In this document: positions 37,116 through 49,878 of the stretch, in pieces
Numbering within the stretch: position 1 is the stretch's first letter
How the letters are laid out: each line of letters begins with the position of its first letter
Source of the DNA: Nemertoderma westbladi
Taxonomy: Eukaryota; Animalia; Xenacoelomorpha
Direction: 5' to 3'
Assembly (NCBI GenBank): GCA_032718475.1
Contig: JAUCBJ010008394.1
Coordinates: 1 to 64,000, forward strand
DNA length: 64,000 nt
Notes under the pieces: model-generated
The model's database searches: none
What the model saw: only the letters and a program-made list of their open reading frames with translations
What the model was told of the DNA's origin: nothing
Position numbers and translations under genes: made by a program

Positions 37116-37660
37116 CCTATTCACGGAGGGCACGAATTATATTATTAATAAACAAAGGAGTACAAGACAGAGTATGTAATAAAAAAAAGTACAAATAGGA
37201 GACAGACAAAGAATTCAACTGACTAACTTTTATTCAAATGAATAAAGTAATTGATTTCAACGATGTAATATTGTATTAATACCTAGTATGTACTTTCACT
37301 TTCAAATTATTTTATATCAGTATCGGGTATCGCAATTGTGTACCAATATTGTGTACATTACGTAATTTTCACACTACTTGGAGTAAAAGCGGGTTCGTGG
37401 AGTACACAATTAAATTATTGATTGCTAATAATTGGCCATAATCAATAATCAATCATCAAAAAAAAGAAAAAAGAAAACGAAAAACAAGGATTAATCGCCA
37501 TGAACAGAACATTGCGACGAATACCTAACATTACAAGCACCGTTGAGAATACATTATAATAATCAATCAATAATTTAATCTGTACTCAATGAACCGTCTT
37601 GTCTTGCAAATCTTGCAAACCGTCAAATACCCCCCCCCCCCCCCCCTCCCCTGTACACTA

Positions 37661-40446
37661 GGGCGTTTTTTACTTTTTTTTTCGATTTCAATGTTCTACC
37701 GGTGCACAAAAGTTGCCAAATGGTTAAAAATTAAGGCAAAAAAATTTCTATAAATTTCATCTATATCTTCACCGATCCCAAGAGGATTGAAATTTTGAGC
37801 CATCGTGATGCACCATAATGAAAATTATAACAATATAACACATTGATGAAAGGTCAATGACTCAAGAAAGAACTTCCTGCATGCATCAAATGTCATCAAA
37901 TGGGTCCAAACTTAGTTAGATACCAAAATTTTAATTTTTGGATCAAGGGAACTAGTGCCACAGGCACATGGACAGAACCTACCATTTGGTGCAAATGACG
38001 ATTATTCTCAATTTTCGCGATGGCCATCTTTTAGTTCTCCTACTGCATTAATATTATGCTCATTAGAACCGGGGGTAAGACACCTTCAAAACAAACGTAG
38101 AACAAATAGTTCTTGAGATATCGCAGAAAATGTGAAGTCCGGCACAAGTTTACATTACCGTACCGCCTTGATGGATATGGACAAATACACTAAAAATGAT
38201 TCTTTGAATTATCTCAAGGAAACAAAAATAGACACATCACAGAAAATGATTGATGTAGTGGGTGTAGACACCTTCAAAATAAGAGTAGAGTCATTAATTC
38301 TTAAGTTATTTTACAAAATTTCAAGACTATGTCTACAAATGGATACTTGATATTGAGTTGACCCATTCCACACATTTTGTACAAAAAGCAAAAACTATTG
38401 TCAACTAATCACTACTCTTTAATTTTGAAGGTGTCTGTATACACTAAATCAATTTGTTGCAGTGATGTGTATATATTTGATGCATTAAGATAATTAGAAG
38501 TACATTTTTTAGTGTATTTGTCTATAAATCATCAAGGCACTCATGTTGACTTGTGCCGGACTTAACATTTTCTGCAATATCTCGAGAACTATTCGCTCTG
38601 CACTTGTTTTGATAGTGTCTACCCACACTAAATCGGTTTTGCGGTTCTAATGAGCATAATATTAATGCAGTAGGAGAACTAAAAGTTGTCCATCGCGAAA
38701 GTTGAGAATAAGAGTCACTTGCTCCAAAGGGTAGGTTCTGGCCATGTGCCTGTGGCACTATTTCCCTTGGTCCCAAATCAAAATTTTGGTATCTAACTAA
38801 GTTTGGACCCATTTGATGCATGCAGGAAGTTCTTTCTTGAGTCATTCATCTTTTATCTATGTGTTATCTAATATATATAAATATCGATTGTCTGTCTGTC
38901 TGTCTGTCTGTCTGTGTGTTTGTCATCGGCTATACAATCGAACCCATCTCGATGAAATCTCGCTTGCTATAGCTCGTTAGAAAGGTCTCGCCCTAACTCG
39001 TTGCAACGTAATACTCAGAGCCGTCTGAAGTTCGCCCGTCTGCCGCTAGAGGGCGATTTTCTTGATTTTCGGGCGAAATTTATCGAATTATTTCTGTTCT
39101 TCTATCGCTAATTAATGATTTAGAAGGCTAACATTTATCCCACCTGGTATAAAATTAACATGGGTAGATTCGCCGTGTCCCATTCTCACAAAGTTTTTAT
39201 TTTATTCGAGTGTTTAATATAAATATGTATGATTATTTATTGATTAAAAATCAAATAGTGTATAAATATGTCATATTCGCCAAGCACGATCGAATTGGCC
39301 TATTGCTATTGAATAGGGAAGGATTGTTTTCTGTATCATAGCAACGTTAGGTAATTATTGAACTCGCAGCTAGCTGGCTGGGCACAGATAAGGAGCAAGC
39401 AGGCTGGAGTGTTGATTGGGGTGGGTTTGGGTTGTCTATTGCGAATTGCTCAAGAGTAATTCTGCTTTCTCAATCATTGGCTGCATGGAAGGAGAGGTTT
39501 ATAACATTTTTGTTTTACTGTTATGAATATTAAAAGTAAAATAATTATTTCTGTAGGCCTATACTTAGGTACTGTATTATTATTTTATCTAATATTATAT
39601 ATCTAATCTCGATGAAATCTCGCTTACTATAGCTCGTTAGATAGGTCGCGCCCTAACTCGTTGCAACGTAATACTCAGAGCCGTCTGAAGTTCCGAATTG
39701 TCCGATAGTGAAAACCTGATCTTATTGGGTTGTTTTTAATGCTTTTGAGCTGAAACTTGGTAGCTATATACTGCAGCATAGGCTGTATATTTCCGGAGTC
39801 ACTGGGTTGTCTACAGTTCCCCAGTCTACCGTTAGAGGGCTAAATGTCTGAGAGTTAACATCTTCGCCAACTTTATTATTTACAATCCATTTTGACTGAA
39901 ACTTGGTAGGCATCTACTACAGCATAGGCTGAATCTTTACTGAGTCGCAGAGTCGTCTACAATTTCCCAGTCTACCGCTAGAGGGCGAAATGTCTGCAAG
40001 TTAACATCTTCTCCAACTTTGTTATTTATAATCCATTTAGACTGAACTTGGTAGGCATCTACTACAGCATAGGCTATATCTTTACTGAGTCGCGCAGAGT
40101 TGTCTACAGTACCCGCGTCTGCCGCTAGAGGGCGAAATGTATGAAAGTTAACATCTTCTCCAACTTTGTTATTTACATGTGTTTTATTTAATGATGGTGT
40201 CTGTTCCATATGCAGTTCTCAAATCTCCCACACATAGTCATATATCATCTGCAGGTGCACTAGAAAGCTTTCTAGTATTGTTATAAATTTCATTATGGTG
40301 CATCATGATGGCTCAAAATTTCAACCCTCTTGGGATCCATGAAGATATAGATGAAATTGATATAAATTATTTTGCCTTATTTTTTTACCACTTGGCAACT
40401 TTTGTGCACCGGTAGAATTATGAAATCGAAAAAGTAAAAAACGCAC
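37661..40446. mobile_element. Foldback DNA element with ~700-bp inverted arms; right arm interrupted by a Helitron
   Basis: 37661-38300 is the reverse complement of 38405-38866 plus 40276-40446 (termini GCGTTTTTTACTTT / AAAGTAAAAAACGC). Confidence 0.85.
38867..40275 (+). mobile_element. Non-autonomous Helitron
   Basis: 5' TC and 3' CTAG ends, inserted between A and T with no TSD (empty site GTGTTA|TATTGTTATAA inferred from the opposite arm). CTGT microsatellite near the 5' end. Internal ~155-bp repeats. Confidence 0.85.
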
Positions 40447-40699
40447 CACCGTACTGTGCTGTACGCCAAGATATGGCAAATAAACGTCACTATAACACAG
40501 AATTAATTTCATTTTAACATTAAACAATCAATTTAATTAATAAATAAATTTGTTACTTGTTATATATAAGATAAAAGTTTATATTATATATAAAAACATT
40601 CTGCATGCATACTAGCATACTATGCATATCTGCATGCTAGCAGAACACATCAATTTGCCTTGCTGCGGCATGACTGGTCCTCTATGTTGCAACAGCCAA

Positions 40700-42690
40700 G
40701 TGTGGAATCCAGCTTCACACTACAGCTGAGCAACATGTATGTGGTTCTTGCCTCTGAGGCAGCAGATCACTTCGAGGGCTATACTACTGCCTTCACATAA
40801 GCAGTTAAGTTAGCAGCTGCAGAAACAGTTCCTGTATACCCTCGAAACAGGAAAAGGGCCCCCTGGACTGACAACAAAACCCAGAAGTGTCGAAATGACC
40901 CATATAAGGCGCAGAAGGAGTCCCGACTCAAACAGACTACCGCGGCCAAGAATGCAGTTAAGGCTGCATCTAGGTCCCTGAACAGGCAGTACTCTGTTAA
41001 TCTACAGGAGCTAATAAACCAACAGGTTGATGCCATCAATGATGATGACGACAGCAGGCAATCATCCCAGGCATGGAAATCGATCAACTTGCTTACTGGG
41101 TGGAAAAGCCAACCAACCACCAAGGTTAAGGCAGAATCACAAGCCGATCGCCTTAATGGTTGGAAAGCCCACTTTGAAAAGCTCCTCAATAATGACAGGG
41201 TATTGCCTGATAACTTTATAGAAGTAAAAGTGTCTGAGTCTGTACTCCCAGATATTCCCATTGGAGATATCTCCTTTGCAGAAGTGAAGGCTGCTGCAAA
41301 GAGCATTAAGACCAATCGTGCCAGTGGAGTAGAAGGTGTTCCCACTGAGGTCTTTAAAATACCCGAGTGTTTAAAGCTCATCTATCCCTGTTGACTTCTT
41401 CAAGTCCTTTGATTCTGTCTCTCGCTCACGTATGTTCAGCATACTTTCATTATATGTGATTCCTGATGAAATTATTGCAGCAATCAGATCAGTGTACAGT
41501 ACAATGGTTCGACAATATTTGTGTCTACTGTTGATGGTGACACAGAACCATTTGAAGTATTATGGGGAGTCCTCCAAGGAGACACACTTGCGCCATTCTT
41601 GTTCATAATTGTGGTTGACTATTTCTACCCATGTCCTTAGATCATCATAATGATGATGGGGTGATGGTAACTCCACCTAATAGGCTCCAGAAGTTGAGGA
41701 TATCTGCCAAGTACCTAACTGATCTAGACTTTGCTGATGACTTAGGAATACTCTCAGAATCACTAGAGGGAGCCCAATGGCTCCTCAGCTCATCAGAATA
41801 GGCTGCTTCTAGTATTGGACTTTTTATTAACTCCAAAAAGACCAAAATTTTGACAGTTAACTTTAAAAGTCCTCAGCAAGTCTCTGACCGGATGAGCATA
41901 AGCTCAAAGGATGGCATGCTTGAGCATGTGGACGACTTCTGTTATCAGGGATCATGGATCCGGAAGTCAGATGAGGGCCTTCGAATATAGTGCATGGGCA
42001 GCCTTGAATAGGCTTCCCAGGATTTGGAAGTCACAGATAATTAATCAGAAACTTAAGGTCCGATTATTTAGAGCAATTTATTTATTATACTTTATTAATA
42101 TAATAGGTCTGACGTAGCCCGGTAGGGCGAAAACGTTCACCAAATTCAGCGTTTCATTATAATATTCAGCCAGTGTAGACCCCTAATACTTACCTATATG
42201 CTATACTTTGCTTATGGTAATTTATATTTATTATTATTTAGAGCAACAGTAGTTCCAGCACTCCTCAATGGGAGTCCATGCTGGGCTCTAACTGCTGAGG
42301 ACACCAAATCTCTGGATGGCACATTCACAAGAATGCTACGCCGGGTTCATTGTGTCACGCCAGGTTCATTGTGTCAAGTACAATGCACACATCTCCAACC
42401 AGACACTATATAACATTGGAGGTGTCTCATTGGTTCCCCCAATCTTGACACTTGAACAAAGTCGCCTCCGCTTTGCAGGACATTGCTTTCGCCATTAGTG
42501 AATAAGCATGGTGGACAGCCCATGACTTTCTTGAGACGCATCTTAAAGGACACTGGCCTTGAAGATGCGGATTATCTAGCAAATGTCATGGGTGATAGGG
42601 AGTTGTCGCGGCACAATTTTGTTGACAAGCCAGCACAGCATTCTTTAAAATGCAGCTGCAATGCAGCATGCCCATCCTAGTAGTAGTAGT
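40700..42690 (+). mobile_element. RTE-like LINE, decayed
   Basis: GVLQGDTLAPFLFIIVVD, LDFADDL, ESRLRFAGHC-like segments. Ends in ..GCATGCCCATCC(TAG)n. Confidence 0.85.
42106..42141 (+). ncRNA. Penelope-type minimal hammerhead ribozyme within a 157-bp insertion
   Basis: GGT-CTGACGT-A-GCCC-GGTA-GGGC-GAAA-ACGT-TC-ACC. The insert 42077-42233 is flanked by the 13-bp duplication TTATTTAGAGCAA. Confidence 0.65.
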
Positions 42691-43449
42691 ATACTACACT
42701 TTCCTGGAAGACTCGACTAGAGTTCCAATTTTGTGATTGTGACGGGATCTATGAGATCCTGACTGGGTTAGATTTGTATGCGTCACCGTTCTGCTGGCAG
42801 TTATGCTAAGTCGCTTTGGCCGAAGGCCGTTGGGGAAAACAATAGAGTTTCTGTTTCTCGATATTGATAGTCGAAACGATAATGGCACAATCGGTAAATC
42901 GGTAAATCAGTAATGACACAGATATAATAACAGATTAATTGCTGATGTTAGTGGCGGTGATGGTCATAGACTATGACCGGTCTGCAACTGAGTAACTAAT
43001 GAACTGACTGGTAAATCAGTAGTGCAGAATAATATATATGATTAACACACACCGATATTGATTTCACCTCTTACTGTACTTGGCCCACTGTACCCAGTTG
43101 ATGCTTTCCTAACTCTAATCACGTGCTTCCCTCCCCGCTATTGGCTACTATACTAATTGTCACTTTGGCACTCCCTGTGAGTATTTCCCCCCGCTGCTGC
43201 TAGCCTCTACTAGCTGTATTCCTTCCGAGGTGGTTTGACCTCTCACCTCTCCCTGTGGCTTTAGGGCTTGTGTCCCCCCCCCCCCCCCCCCCCAATGTCG
43301 GTTATGAGACGAGATTAATATTGGTAATCTCGTATCCCCAACTTATTGGTGAAATGCCACTGGTCCCATTTTCTGGTGGGTAATGAAGTGGAATTGAATC
43401 TGCTTACAGTGATTCAGATATCTTGTTCGTCCATTTGATAAAGTTGCCT

Positions 43450-44055
43450 TTCGAGCACGATGCGCAGTAATTGCAATGTCAATCTTTTATCTTCTTCTAG
43501 TTTCGCTACCTTGCTATTCCACAGCAGCTTCGGCGTTGATTACATCAATTCGGACCTCTCAGTAGTAGTCCTACTGAAGCTGGTTCATACAAATTGCTGT
43601 AGTTTGGTAACGATTACCTCAATCTCATCCATTGGAAGTGATTAGGAAGTCGGAGATTTCGATGAAGGAAAGATCATTGATGCAATGTGATTAAGAATTC
43701 CAGGAAATGAAGCTATCTTTTAAAGTATCGATTAAAGCCACTTCGCTGTCATTCAAACAAGGTTCGGGCTGTCCTCCACCAGTTTGGTGCAAACTCTTTT
43801 TCATGACAGCATTCTTTGCTTTCACATTTTTCTTTATGTACTGTACTTGAATTTATTATAGACCTGCTGTCTTGTAAGTTTCAAACTAAATTCTGCACTT
43901 AGCGTAGCTGTGATTCGGTCCCAAGCAGCATGCTTCTTACCCTCAATTCCTGGAATCTTACTGGTATTGGTAAATATACACCAGTCCAATACTCAATTAT
44001 ACGCACGTGGATTTAGTTTTGCTTCAATTTCTGAAAATCTGTAAGAACCGTTCAT
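43450..44055 (-). pseudogene. Harbinger ORF2-like Myb/SANT DNA-binding protein relic
   Basis: Minus strand reads RFSEIE..KKHAAWDRITATL...LTRQQV...KSLHQTGGG, with stops and frameshifts. Confidence 0.6.
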
Positions 44056-45875
44056 GTCAAAACCAGGAACTGTCTGACTGTAGGCCTACTAACATGAAAC
44101 TACACAGATATTTCAGCTTTACTGAAAGAAAGAAAATACTTTCAGTTTCTCTCTTACACATATTATAGCCTAGTAGGTGATCTACAGTAAATACCGTTCA
44201 GTACAGTAGTTGCTGTTTACTAATGCCTACTAGTTTGGGTCTTGTTGTCTACATACCGGATGTTGGATCTACTATACTGTACTTTAACCGACACCACAAA
44301 AAGAAAAGCCACTGTACTAGAATAGTAAATAGAATAGAAGTGTAAGTTAATCAAACAATTTAAAATCAAATTTACAGAACACAAATGACAATAGAATTGC
44401 ACAAATTAATTAATTAATAACAGTACTAAAAATATAAATATATAAAGCTAGTCTATTCCTTGTTGTTAGCAGGTGCAGGGTGGGGGAGACAGGTCCTCAT
44501 ATAGAGGCCGTCGCCGGCTGAGAGGGCGGGGTCCATGGTACCCAGGATAGAGGGTGTCGCAGAGGCCGTTGCCAATCAGAATGGTGTTCCGATCAAATGA
44601 AATCCATAAAATTGTCCAAATATAGTACGTTTAATAATACATTAGGGGGTGAGGTAAATCTAGCTTGGTCGTGTCAATCCTGGGGCCATATTGCATATTT
44701 TAGTGAGCACTAGACACAGGTAATCAGACTAGATAGCACAAACTTCGTACTAAATTTAGGTTAAATTTGGTGATATCTAGTCTGACTACATATGGGTAGT
44801 GAGAACTAAGAACGCCCCAGAACGAATCAACGCCAATTTATGTAATGAAAAAGCAAAATTACAGCATAAACTTCAAATTAATAATTGTTTCTTAATACCT
44901 ACTGTACTTTTAGATTTAATTAATATTAAACATAGGAAAATAAAATGTTGAAGTCATCAGTATCGCTTAAAGAACTGTATGTGTATTTGGGTCTGTAGAT
45001 GAGGGTAGTCTGGAGAGTGTTGGTACGATTCTCCACACATATTGCATATGGATTTTACCTGAAGTTGAGGATAATCATACAGTACCCTCAGCTGCGGGTA
45101 ATTATCATCACCTTTACCCCTAGCTGCGGTTAACATTGCATACAGCTGCTGATGTAACTGTTTTCCTTGGTATAACTTATGGTGTCTCTAAAGGGTCAAA
45201 AAATATAGCTAGTATAAAAATTGTTGGGTGGATGTATTATGTACTGGATGCTATAAATGTAAATTTCCTTACGGATGAATAGGTTGCAATGAATAATTAC
45301 AAACATTCACAGACTGCACCGATGCGAGTGCCAGTTTGGTCAGTCGACAATCGACTTCCTCAGCCACCGAAAAATCTCAGCCCAGGGTGCCACCCCGCTC
45401 CCCAACAAGGTCGCCGCCATCCGTGAGTTCACCCAGCCGACCACCACCAAGGGCCTACAGCGCTGCAGGAATTTCTAGGGATGGTGAACTTGTACCATCA
45501 GTTCGTCCCTGCTGACACCACCATCCTGCAGCCCCTATACGCACTACGCAGCCCTCGCCTCTAAAACAAGAACTCTGGATTGAACCACCGAGATGGTGGC
45601 AAGGTGTACTATATATAAGGCCATGCCATCGAGTTAACTGGGGGTGGTAGCTGTTAACAAGATTTTTTTTACAACAATTTGATATTTTGATATGGGGAGA
45701 GTTCTATAAATTTTAATTTGCTGCAATTTGGTCAATGGACGTAATTGAAGCATCCTCGTTAAGTACAATACAAAATATTTGGTAGCTAGTGTTTTAGGTA
45801 GGTTTAGCTAGTGATTTCCACACTGGTTCCGACATCCTACTTCCTTCTATAAATATTTTGTAGTAGCTAGTTCTT

Positions 45876-46592
45876 GTGGGGCGAGCGACGAAAGTAAGCG
45901 AGTTTAGCATACAGGTACCACTAACTCAATCGGTGTGTCTGTTGTTCTGTTGCTCTTTTGATCTGTTGTGTCCAATTTTAAACGTTAATAACTCGAAATC
46001 TGCGGTGGAAATTGGCGCTGTTAACACCAAATGTTAATGAAATTTAACCAAACTTGGTACACATGTAGTCTGTCCAAAGTTTAGAAATTTTCCAAGTTGA
46101 ATTTCCGTGTGGCCTTCGAGAAGTTAAGATAATAGCAGTTAATTAGTTAATTAAGTTGGTTAATAACTCAGCCAAATGTTAATGAAATTTAACCAAACTT
46201 GGTACACATGTAGTCTAGCCAAAGTTTAGAAATTTTCCAAGTTGAATTTCCGTGTGGCCTTCGAGAAGTTAATTAAGTTGATTAGGGTAAAATCAGCAAT
46301 TTCAACCTGCCTCTTAAAGGATATTAATTATTTTCTAGTATAAGATTTAAATAATTATACTGTATTCCCCATATCCCATTCCATTATAGTTTTTAATTAG
46401 TTCAAGAGATTTGCTTTAAGAAACCTTTCTTCTCTTCTTTGATTTATTCTTATTGGTTTTGGTTAAATTTTCCTAATTATTTATTTAAATTTCTTAAGTA
46501 CCGATTTTGGGATAGAATTGTTCAATTTTAATCTGTATCTAATAACTGAGCCTCGTCCTGCGCGATGGCCCAGCGACTGCGACGTGTTACTT
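45876..46592 (+). mobile_element. Helentron/DINE-like non-autonomous element
   Basis: Internal ~146-bp duplication with ACCAAACTTGGTACACATGTAG. GC-rich subterminal segments. Present in the left arm only. Confidence 0.5.
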
Positions 46593-47376
46593 TTTGTATA
46601 GAAAATGTTCCAGAAGATGTTGGCTATTCATTTAAAAAAAATTATGTTCTAGAACAAATATTTTTTGTTCTAGAACATTTTATAGAAAAAATCTGGATTC
46701 TGTTTAAAACGCATGGAATCGTTTTAAAACGTGTTTAAAATCAATAAAAAATATTTCAATTTTTTTTTCGAAAATTTTTTTTCACAATATTATTTTTTCA
46801 CAATTTTTTTGGCTAGAGTTCCGTATAGAACTGCGTTTTTAAAACATATGTCATTGTTACTATGGCAACATTGAAGAGTTCTAGAACAATAGAAAATTAT
46901 TATATACTATTCTAGAACATAAATAAAATAAAAAATATAATGTTCTAGAAAATATAGCTAGTTTTTTTTTAATTTTAAAATAGCTAGTAAATTAAAAAAA
47001 ATATCCAATTTGGTAGATAAATTTTCTAATAAATAAATAAATTTTTTTTTGTATTACCAGCTTTTTTTTCACAATATTATATTTTCACAATTTTTTTTAG
47101 ATTTTAAACACGTTTTAGAACGATTCCATGCGTTTTAAATAGAATCCAGATTTTTTTCTGAAAAATGTTGTAGAACAAAAACTATTTGTTCTAGAACATA
47201 ATTTTTTTAAAAAATGAATAGCTAACATCTTCTGGAACATTTTCTATACAATTAGTAATAAGACCTAGCTAGTACAAAATATTTATAGAAGGAAGTAGGA
47301 TGTCGGAACCAGTGTCGAACTCGAAATTACTAGCTAAACCTACCTAAAACACTAGCTACCATAAAACCTTACTTAC

Positions 47377-47797
47377 TTGAACTTGAACTTGAACTTGTTT
47401 ATTAGCGGATTACAAATAAAAATAAATACAAATCACGATAGAAATTAACAAAAAGAAAAAAAATGTAGCCGCTAAGGATAGCCCTAAGAGATAATTACAT
47501 CTCATTTCCATAGGGATCCCTGTTATAAAAGGTAGATAAAATATAAAGTTTATAAGTAATAGAAACATAATAAAATCGCTATGTTATTGTGAACACCGAG
47601 ATATCCGTAGATGCAAGTTTATCTAAAAAGTGTTTCTTCAGGTTGTGTTGGAATACGACAAGAGATGGCGCTCGAGTTATTGACCCTGGTAGATCGTTCC
47701 ACAACGAGGGCCCGTAGTATGAGAATGTAGACTGGCCGTGGACGTTGTGTCTCTGTGGGATTTCCGCACGTATATGTGGCCCCCGAAGATTCATTGC
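47377..47797 (-). mobile_element. CR1/L2-type LINE 3' end
   Basis: TFSYYGPSLWNDLP..I....L..F..NLK. (TTCAAG)n tail. Possible ACCTTACTTA flanking duplication. Confidence 0.65.
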
Positions 47798-48450
47798 ACC
47801 TACCTACCTACCTTACTTAACGAGGAGGCTTCAAGTACGCGTCCATTGACCAAATTGCAGCAAATGTAGAAAATTTATAGAACTCTCCCCATATCAAAAT
47901 ATCAAATTGTTGTAAAAAAAATCTTGCCCCGAGTCACCGCCCCCAGTTAACTCGATGACATGGCCTTGTATATAGTACGCCTTGGATGGTGGCCATGTTC
48001 CAGAATGCCAAGGTGGTCCTTGCCAACATGACGATGCTCGCCCATACCAACACAAATGCCCTCACCACTCTCACTGTGGATGCTTCCGGCACGGTGGTGG
48101 GCGCCATTCTAGAACAGCTCGTCGCGGCGATTCTTAGCAGCATCTGGCGTTCTTAAGCCGCCAACTATGATTCCCAGAGGTGAAGTACAGCGGCGAGTTC
48201 GACTGCAAACTTCTCGGGCTGTAGCTCGCAGTCTGTCACTTCCAGTATTTCCTGGAGGGCCGTGTGTTCACCACCTACACGGACCACAAGCCACTAACAG
48301 TTGCCTTCACCAAGATCAGCGACCCGTATTGCCACACCCTTTACATTATTTTCACTGCAAATTTAGCTACTGAATTCATAGAATGTTTGTAATTACACAT
48401 TGAAACCTATGCATCTGTAACAAAATTTACATTCATAGCATATTACATAG

Positions 48451-49878
48451 GGCACCACTGTGGAGTGGGTCACCATTTATTTTTTAATTTTATACAATTA
48501 TATATTTACTATTTTTTACACACACTATAAACATTAGTTTTGTTTATTAGAATAAGTGAATTTGAAATGTTGCTTGAGTCACTGTGTAGGGAATGATTTC
48601 TTGATTAAATCGATTAAATCAGTAAATGGAGAAACTTTGTGCAGCATCCTCCAACGAAACTCGGCGAGATGGTTTTCGAGCAACAAGTTCTTCGTTCCCC
48701 TCTTTTTCCTCATGATCGTTGTTTTGGCGTGGGACCATATTCCTTCAATCCGCTGCGTATGGGCGCCCGTGACAACGTTCACAAATCGGCCTTTGCCTTT
48801 GATATTATGGTTCACACTTTCGTGTAAATACTTGCCGCTGCCATCGAGGGCCCTCCATGGCCTTGTCTTGCTAGTGATTCCCACAGTCTTACCACAGTAA
48901 GCGGCCCACTCGTCACTATGGATTAGGGTCCCTCCTTTAACGTTGGCTTCCACTATTGGGCGTAAGGTCAGCATGTTTCGACGTTGAACATAAAACAATC
49001 GGACATCCACTTGGCCACCTGGGGATTTACATACAATTCCGAAAATCCACGGTCCATTTACCCGTTTACCATAATTCCTTGCCGATGTATTGAATTGACC
49101 GACTCGTTTATTGTAGATCTTTTTGACTCGTTTATTGTAGATCTTTCTCCTTCTTGTTACATCCCCGAGCAGCTTCCTCCCACGATTATACTTACGCTTA
49201 CCGCGAAAGATCGATTCGTCGATCTGGACTGTCATCCCAACTCCCCCCATTGGCCCAGCGTTATGCATGTCACTATTCATTAGTTCCCGAATGAAATTAT
49301 GCCAATCAACGAATGTATGGTCGTTGATTCCTCTGATCATTCCATTGAGCATCAGGTGTGCTGTGTTCAAAGTAATGTCTTGAAGAAACATAAACGTAAT
49401 CCATAGAATCTGGGATACTAGTAGTTTAGATGCACCAAACCACGTCCCGTTTCTTGCCGATAATTGGTGTCTTTGTGGCCCTTTGCAACGCCACATTAGA
49501 CAAGTACCTCCGTGTTTTGTACGTCTAAAAATGTGGGCAGAGTAGCTACAACCAACATGTTTGCAAGAACTTTTACTAGTGGGTATGGGTAACAGGCCAC
49601 AGGATTGTGCAAATGTTATCGCACTCCCCTCATCTTTTAAATTTTGGGAAATTTCTATAATATTTAAATCAGTGGACTGTCTCGAATATAAATGTCTTTG
49701 AATGTTTGTACTCATAATGTCAAAAAACACAAATGAATCTTTAAAATATGAAATGAATATAAACGTTCTAGAATTGTGTTGTAGTTGGAAACAATATTTA
49801 AATAAACTTAGTACACTTATAATATCGGTTAAAATACACAATAAAAAAAAATTAAAATGGTGACCCACTCCACAGTGG
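48451..49878 (-). mobile_element. Merlin (IS1016/IS1595-related) DNA transposon
   Basis: TIR GGCACCACTGTGGAGTGGGTCACCATTT. 8-bp TSD TTACATAG at 48443-48450 and 49879-49886. Empty site in the paralogous block near 62555. Confidence 0.9.
48579..49715 (-). CDS. Merlin DDE transposase (378 aa from the ATG at 49715)
   Basis: VQIDES..KYNRGR, WIFG, IHSDEWAAY, H.SVNH, TGAHTQRIEGIWSHAK. Uninterrupted ORF. Confidence 0.9.
   Translation of the reverse strand: MSTNIQRHLYSRQSTDLNIIEISQNLKDEGSAITFAQSCGLLPIPTSKSSCKHVGCSYSAHIFRRTKHGGTCLMWRCKGPQRHQLSARNGTWFGASKLLVSQILWITFMFLQDITLNTAHLMLNGMIRGINDHTFVDWHNFIRELMNSDMHNAGPMGGVGMTVQIDESIFRGKRKYNRGRKLLGDVTRRRKIYNKRVKKIYNKRVGQFNTSARNYGKRVNGPWIFGIVCKSPGGQVDVRLFYVQRRNMLTLRPIVEANVKGGTLIHSDEWAAYCGKTVGITSKTRPWRALDGSGKYLHESVNHNIKGKGRFVNVVTGAHTQRIEGIWSHAKTTIMRKKRGTKNLLLENHLAEFRWRMLHKVSPFTDLIDLIKKSFPTQ

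Larger units (their letters stand above)
45600..47984. mobile_element. P/hAT-like non-autonomous foldback transposon with nested inserts
   Basis: TIR CAAGGTGTACTATATA..GGCCATG.CATCGAGTTAACTGGGGG / reverse ending CCTTG. 8-bp TSD GATGGTGG at 45592-45599 and 47985-47992. Confidence 0.85.
45310..48330 (+). pseudogene. Gypsy pol fragment (RT-RNase H), split by an insertion at 45600-47984
   Basis: KVAAIREFTQPTT.KGL..FLGMVN; TVDASGTVVGAILEQL; YTDHKPL. Paralogous to ~62040-62450. Confidence 0.8.

Noticed and set aside
49716-49868. 51-aa N-terminal extension of the Merlin ORF
   Set aside because: It starts at a non-ATG codon inside the TIR and is low-complexity AT-rich; the ATG at 49715 is more plausible.
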